Of a DNA stretch of 34,653 bases, positions 31,288-34,653 are shown piece by piece (the stretch's first letter is position 1; each line of letters opens with the position of its first letter). The stretch lies in the IMG/VR virus record IMGVR_UViG_3300022213_000002. One strand, written 5' to 3'. A program made the translations under genes and the position numbers. This DNA is from a virus. The notes under the pieces were generated by a model that saw only the letters and a list, made by a program, of their open reading frames with translations, ran no database searches and was not told the DNA's origin.

Positions 31288-31986
31288 ATGGCAGGCAAGG
31301 ATGACAACGACCAGGGACGCAAGGATGACGATCGGGGACGCAAGGACGAAGATCGGGGCCGCAAGGACGAAGACCGGGGTCGCGAGGACGGCGAGGACGA
31401 TGAGGACGACGAGGACGACGAGGACGACGATGGTGATGAGGGTGCGCCACCGACCCGTCGCGAACTCGACGAGCTCAAGGCGCAGCTGGAGCGCAAGACC
31501 GGCCAGCTGCGGGCGGTACGTAAGCGCCTGAACGAGCGGCAGCGCTCGACTCGCCGGCCAGCATCCGGCGACAAGGACGGCCGGGATCGGGATCGGGATC
31601 GGGATCGGGGCGACGACGCGGACGATCGGGGTCGCGAGCGGGACCGGGCGGACGACTCCCGCGTGTTTCTCGCGGAGGGCGCACTCGCACTGCGTGACGC
31701 GGTGCCGCATCTGTCGAGCGGGGAGGCGCGCCGCCTGGCCGGTCTGATCGACCGGGGCGATGTGCATGACGATGGCGATGGTCGGTGGGACTTTGAAGAC
31801 GCGATCGAGGCTCTCCGCAAGGACATGCCGAGCCTGTTCCGGGCTGGCAAGGGCGAAGATGATGACGAGGACGACCGGCCCGGCCGGCGACCGGGCCACC
31901 GTCCCGAGTCCCGGGGGCGCGACACCGGCCGCCGGAAGTCCGACTCGTCCGCGATGCGGCTGTTGAAGCAGGCGGGGTACGCGTGA
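31288..31986 (+). CDS. Scaffolding protein (highly charged, repeat-rich)
   Basis: D/E/R/K-rich sequence with GRKD(D/E)DR x3, a DEDDEDDEDD run and DRDRDRDR. Central coiled-coil segment. Lies directly upstream of the capsid gene. Confidence 0.7.
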   Translation: MAGKDDNDQGRKDDDRGRKDEDRGRKDEDRGREDGEDDEDDEDDEDDDGDEGAPPTRRELDELKAQLERKTGQLRAVRKRLNERQRSTRRPASGDKDGRDRDRDRDRGDDADDRGRERDRADDSRVFLAEGALALRDAVPHLSSGEARRLAGLIDRGDVHDDGDGRWDFEDAIEALRKDMPSLFRAGKGEDDDEDDRPGRRPGHRPESRGRDTGRRKSDSSAMRLLKQAGYA

Positions 31987-32204
31987 GCGGCATGGTGATC
32001 GTGGTCGGTCAGCGGAGCCCGGTTGCCGACGTGCTGGTGGCTCGCTACAACCGGTCCGCCCTGGCGGACCTGTATGTGGAGGCCGGCTCGATTCACCGGC
32101 TGGCGGCCAGGATGGGGACCAGCTACGGCACGGCGCGCCGGTGCCTACCGATACACCGGATCCCGTTGCGATCAAGAGGTGGCCACCGGAAGTCGACTCC
32201 CTGA
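31983..32204 (+). CDS. Small helix-turn-helix protein, 73 aa
   Basis: GSIHRLAARMGTSYGTARRCLPIHRIPLRSRG resembles actinobacterial HTH proteins. GTGA overlap with the scaffold stop. Confidence 0.6.
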   Translation: MSGMVIVVGQRSPVADVLVARYNRSALADLYVEAGSIHRLAARMGTSYGTARRCLPIHRIPLRSRGGHRKSTP

Positions 32205-32230
32205 TCAGGGGGTGAATTCCCATGTATCAT

Positions 32231-32259
32231 GGGGGCGCAGGATGATCACCTGCGCCCCC
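32231..32259 (+). terminator. 11-bp-stem hairpin GGGGGCGCAGG-atgatca-CCTGCGCCCCC upstream of the capsid gene
   Basis: Perfect stem in the 124-bp gap between the HTH gene and the capsid GTG. Confidence 0.6.
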
Positions 32260-32328
32260 TGCGCGTGATGCGCGACTCCCGCGCGATGCGGACCAACATC
32301 CGTCATCGACATGTGGAGGTGAACGCTC

Positions 32329-33291
32329 GTGGCACGCGAGACGTTCGAAGACTGGATCCCTGTTGAGGTGGGGTCCGGCGTCATCGAGGCTGTGGCGCAG
32401 ACCAGCGCCATCGAGGCGTACGGTCGCGAAGAGACGATGGCCAGTGACGAAAAGGACGTCCCCCGATCGGGAGACTTCGATATCGCCACGGTGGCCAAGG
32501 GTGCGCCGTACGGCGAGACGACCGGCACCAACGACAAGGTGACGCTCAACGCCCGCAAGATGGGCGGCGTTGCCAGGATCGCCGAGGAAGACCTCACGGA
32601 CACGACCGTCGGTGAGGCTACCCTCCTGGTCAAGCAGCGGGCCGCGGCCCGCAACATGGCCAAGTTCTACGACAATGCGGGTCTGGCCTGCTCGGCTGCG
32701 TCCAACGGCACCACCATCCCGTTCTCCTCGCTGTACTACCAGCTCACGAACGAGGACACCTCGACCGGGTACGGGGCCAACGATCACGTGCTGACCCTGA
32801 CCGCGGCCAACATGACCACCGGTGGCACAGCCGCGTATACGCCGTTCAACAACCTGCTCGGCCTGTACGAGGACTCTGAGTGGTTCGACGAGATGGAGAC
32901 GCTCGTCATCGCCAGTCCGGCGTTCAAGAAGCTCTTCCGCGGCGTGCTCGACGAGAACGGTCGGCCCATCTGGGTGGAGGGCGTCAGCGGCAACCCGGAC
33001 ATGTTGTTCGGTTACCAGGCACGGTGGAGCATGGGGGCGCGGGTCTCGGCGACGGCGACGGCCACGCCGACCGGCAACCCGCTGATGTTCGTCGGTAACC
33101 GTCAGCTGCTCATCAAGGGCATGGCGCGCCTGAGCCCCAACATCACGGCCGGCAACCCCGGTTACCAGCTGCAGCGGGCGGGCTCCGGCGTCGGGTTCCT
33201 GACCGACGAGGCCCTACTCAAGGCCGCGATGCGGCGCGGGTTCAACGTGGGCAACCCCTACGGTTGGGCCGTGCTGGAGTACACCGGCTGA
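32329..33291 (+). CDS. Major capsid protein (HK97 fold)
   Basis: 320-aa ORF with RBS GGAGGTG and a GTG start. N-terminal region and overall composition are typical of HK97-like capsid proteins. Follows the scaffold gene. Confidence 0.9.
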   Translation: MARETFEDWIPVEVGSGVIEAVAQTSAIEAYGREETMASDEKDVPRSGDFDIATVAKGAPYGETTGTNDKVTLNARKMGGVARIAEEDLTDTTVGEATLLVKQRAAARNMAKFYDNAGLACSAASNGTTIPFSSLYYQLTNEDTSTGYGANDHVLTLTAANMTTGGTAAYTPFNNLLGLYEDSEWFDEMETLVIASPAFKKLFRGVLDENGRPIWVEGVSGNPDMLFGYQARWSMGARVSATATATPTGNPLMFVGNRQLLIKGMARLSPNITAGNPGYQLQRAGSGVGFLTDEALLKAAMRRGFNVGNPYGWAVLEYTG

Positions 33292-33316
33292 TGACGATCG
33301 AGGTGGAGGAGACGCC

Positions 33317-33754
33317 ATGACCACGTGGGCAACCCTGGCCGATGTCGTGTCGGTGACCGGCGTCTCCTCCGTCTCGGCCGAGCAGCTGGCGATGGCGGTC
33401 GGCACGATCGAGATCTACGCCAACCGGACCACCGACCTGCCCGAGGACGCGATCTCGCGGCGGGACCTGGCCTGGCTCAAGCGGGCAGTCTGCTGGCAGG
33501 CGGCCTGGCTGCCCGGCCAGCCGGACTATACGGGACGCCAGCTGGCGGACTCGGTCAGCTCGGACGGCCAGGCGGTGTCCCGTGGTGCGGAGTACTACGC
33601 CACGCTGGCACCCCTGGCCGCTCGCGCGCTGCGCAACCTGTCCTGGGTCGGGGCGCGTACGCAGCGCGTCCTGCGGGAGGGCCAGTTGGCCGGGGGGATC
33701 GACTTCACTAACGAGTCCAGCGACGATTTCGGCGAGTGGCGGCCGCTGCCATGA
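33317..33754 (+). CDS. Head-tail adaptor (connector) protein
   Basis: 145-aa ORF after the capsid gene with RBS GGAGGAG. Confidence 0.7.
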   Translation: MTTWATLADVVSVTGVSSVSAEQLAMAVGTIEIYANRTTDLPEDAISRRDLAWLKRAVCWQAAWLPGQPDYTGRQLADSVSSDGQAVSRGAEYYATLAPLAARALRNLSWVGARTQRVLREGQLAGGIDFTNESSDDFGEWRPLP

Positions 33755-34086
33755 TCGCGTTGGCGAACACGTGGGTTGACGTCTATCGATCGACGCTGGA
33801 CAGTGGGTATGGCGACACGATCGACGACAACAGCGGCACCCCGCTCTCTGCTGGCATCCCCATCGCTCTGAGCGAGTCCTCACGCCTGGTTAATCGGCCG
33901 GATTCGGACACGCCGAGGATCGTGCGCACCGTCACGGGGCGGGTCACGGGCGGGACCGACATCCGGGCCGGGGACCGGTTGCGGACGTCGGCTGGCCGCT
34001 GGCTCCTGGTGGATGCCGCGTTCGCCGCGGAGGGCGTCGCGCTGGCGCCGGATCTGCGCCTCGGCCTGCGGCACGTGACATACTGA
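33751..34086 (+). CDS. Head closure / head-tail joining protein; alternative GTG start at 33736
   Basis: ATGA overlap with the upstream stop. 111 aa beginning MIALANTWVDVYR. Confidence 0.7.
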   Translation: MIALANTWVDVYRSTLDSGYGDTIDDNSGTPLSAGIPIALSESSRLVNRPDSDTPRIVRTVTGRVTGGTDIRAGDRLRTSAGRWLLVDAAFAAEGVALAPDLRLGLRHVTY

Positions 34087-34153
34087 TCTCGGAGGCGGCC
34101 GGGTAGACCGGCCGGCACGGCGACACCGACACCCGTAAAGGGGGGCGGCCTGC

Positions 34154-34513
34154 ATGGGTGGATTCGTCTGGGATCCTGAGGGCGAAAGGAAGCTGCTCGC
34201 CCTGGCCGATCGCGCGGTTGCGTTGATCACTCACGCGGTCGCTGAAGACGCGCGTCGGGGTTGCCCGATCGACCAGGGGGATCTGCTGCGCTCCATCCGC
34301 GAGGATCGTGCGGCCGGCCGGGTCACCGTCGGGACTGACCACTGGGCGCCCACCGAGTATGGTTCGGCGCCGCATGTGATCCGGTCACGTGGCCCGTGGC
34401 CACTGCGGAATGCTGAGACCGGCCAGGTGTTCGGCCAGGAGGTCATGCATCCGGGAACGCCGCAGCAGGCGTTCATGCGGCCTGCGCTCTACCGCCGGCG
34501 GACGTCATGGTGA
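34154..34513 (+). CDS. HK97 gp10-family neck / tail-completion protein
   Basis: CPIDQGDLLRSI ... VGTDHWAPTEYGSAPH matches the gp10 signature (DTG-L--SI ... Y---vE-G) as I recall it. Confidence 0.75.
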   Translation: MGGFVWDPEGERKLLALADRAVALITHAVAEDARRGCPIDQGDLLRSIREDRAAGRVTVGTDHWAPTEYGSAPHVIRSRGPWPLRNAETGQVFGQEVMHPGTPQQAFMRPALYRRRTSW

Positions 34514-34653
34514 GTCCGCGTCCCAACACCCCCCTGGTGGCACAGGCTTGGATCGCCACCATCCCCGGCTTCGATGCCGCGATGGTGGCCGGTGCCCTGC
34601 CGGCGGACAACAGCTCGTGGTCCGCGAGCGGGTTCGTGGTGGCGTCGTCGACG
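34507..34653 (+). CDS. 5' part of a wrap-around gene (tail terminator / neck protein by position); continues at 128-436
   Basis: ATG at 34507 (or GTG at 34510) overlaps the stop of the upstream gene (ATGGTGA). It is in frame with the ORF listed as 11..436 once the 127-bp overlap is collapsed. Confidence 0.7.
   Translation, partial: MVSPRPNTPLVAQAWIATIPGFDAAMVAGALPADNSSWSASGFVVASST
34527..34653. repeat. Terminal direct repeat copy 2, identical to 1-127
   Basis: Same 127-bp string as the window start. The unique genome length is therefore 34,526 bp. Confidence 0.95.

Noticed and set aside
31288-31620. Short tandem DNA repeats (21-bp units x3, GAC/GAG triplet runs, gggatc x4) as non-coding microsatellites
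   Set aside because: They lie in frame inside the acidic scaffold gene and encode GRKDEDR, DED and DR repeats.
30270-32223. Two very long minus-strand ORFs (608 and 582 aa)
   Set aside because: They are antisense shadows of the MuF-like, scaffold and HTH genes. They are S/R/P-rich and lack an RBS. The plus-strand genes have recognisable motifs and synteny.

Overview
This window is a complete, circularly closed, high-GC dsDNA tailed-phage genome of siphovirus type. Bases 1-127 are identical to 34527-34653, so the unit length is 34,526 bp. The host is most plausibly actinobacterial; that is inferred from GC content, GC3 codon bias, leaderless-type promoters and gene content.

Two transcription arms diverge from a palindromic switch near 21.77 kb. 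They converge on a 17-bp-stem bidirectional terminator at 9078-9116.

Rightward arm, which wraps through coordinate 1:
- small ORF, prim-pol/helicase replicase, iteron-rich origin, small ORF, RusA
- TerS-like protein, secreted SGNH-hydrolase lipoprotein, TerL, portal, MuF-like protein, acidic scaffold
- small HTH plus a terminator hairpin, HK97-type capsid, connector proteins, major tail
- G/GT chaperone with a GGGAAAC -1 frameshift site, tape measure, minor tail proteins, amidase endolysin, holin-like protein

Leftward arm:
- small ORFs, SF2 helicase, three micro-ORFs, a hexapeptide beta-helix protein
- a PD-(D/E)XK exonuclease fused to three zinc ribbons
- a 547-bp ORF-free, structure-dense locus with three back-to-back tRNA-like modules
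- a DPF-motif protein
- a 5-gene translationally coupled glycosyltransferase/methyltransferase operon
- a terminator-insulated 3-gene cassette of unknown function, read from a consensus leaderless promoter

I saw no integrase, obvious repressor, reverse transcriptase or CRISPR array.

All functional calls come from motifs recognised by eye plus synteny; no database search was run. In this GC range most long antisense ORFs in the supplied track are shadow ORFs and were discarded.
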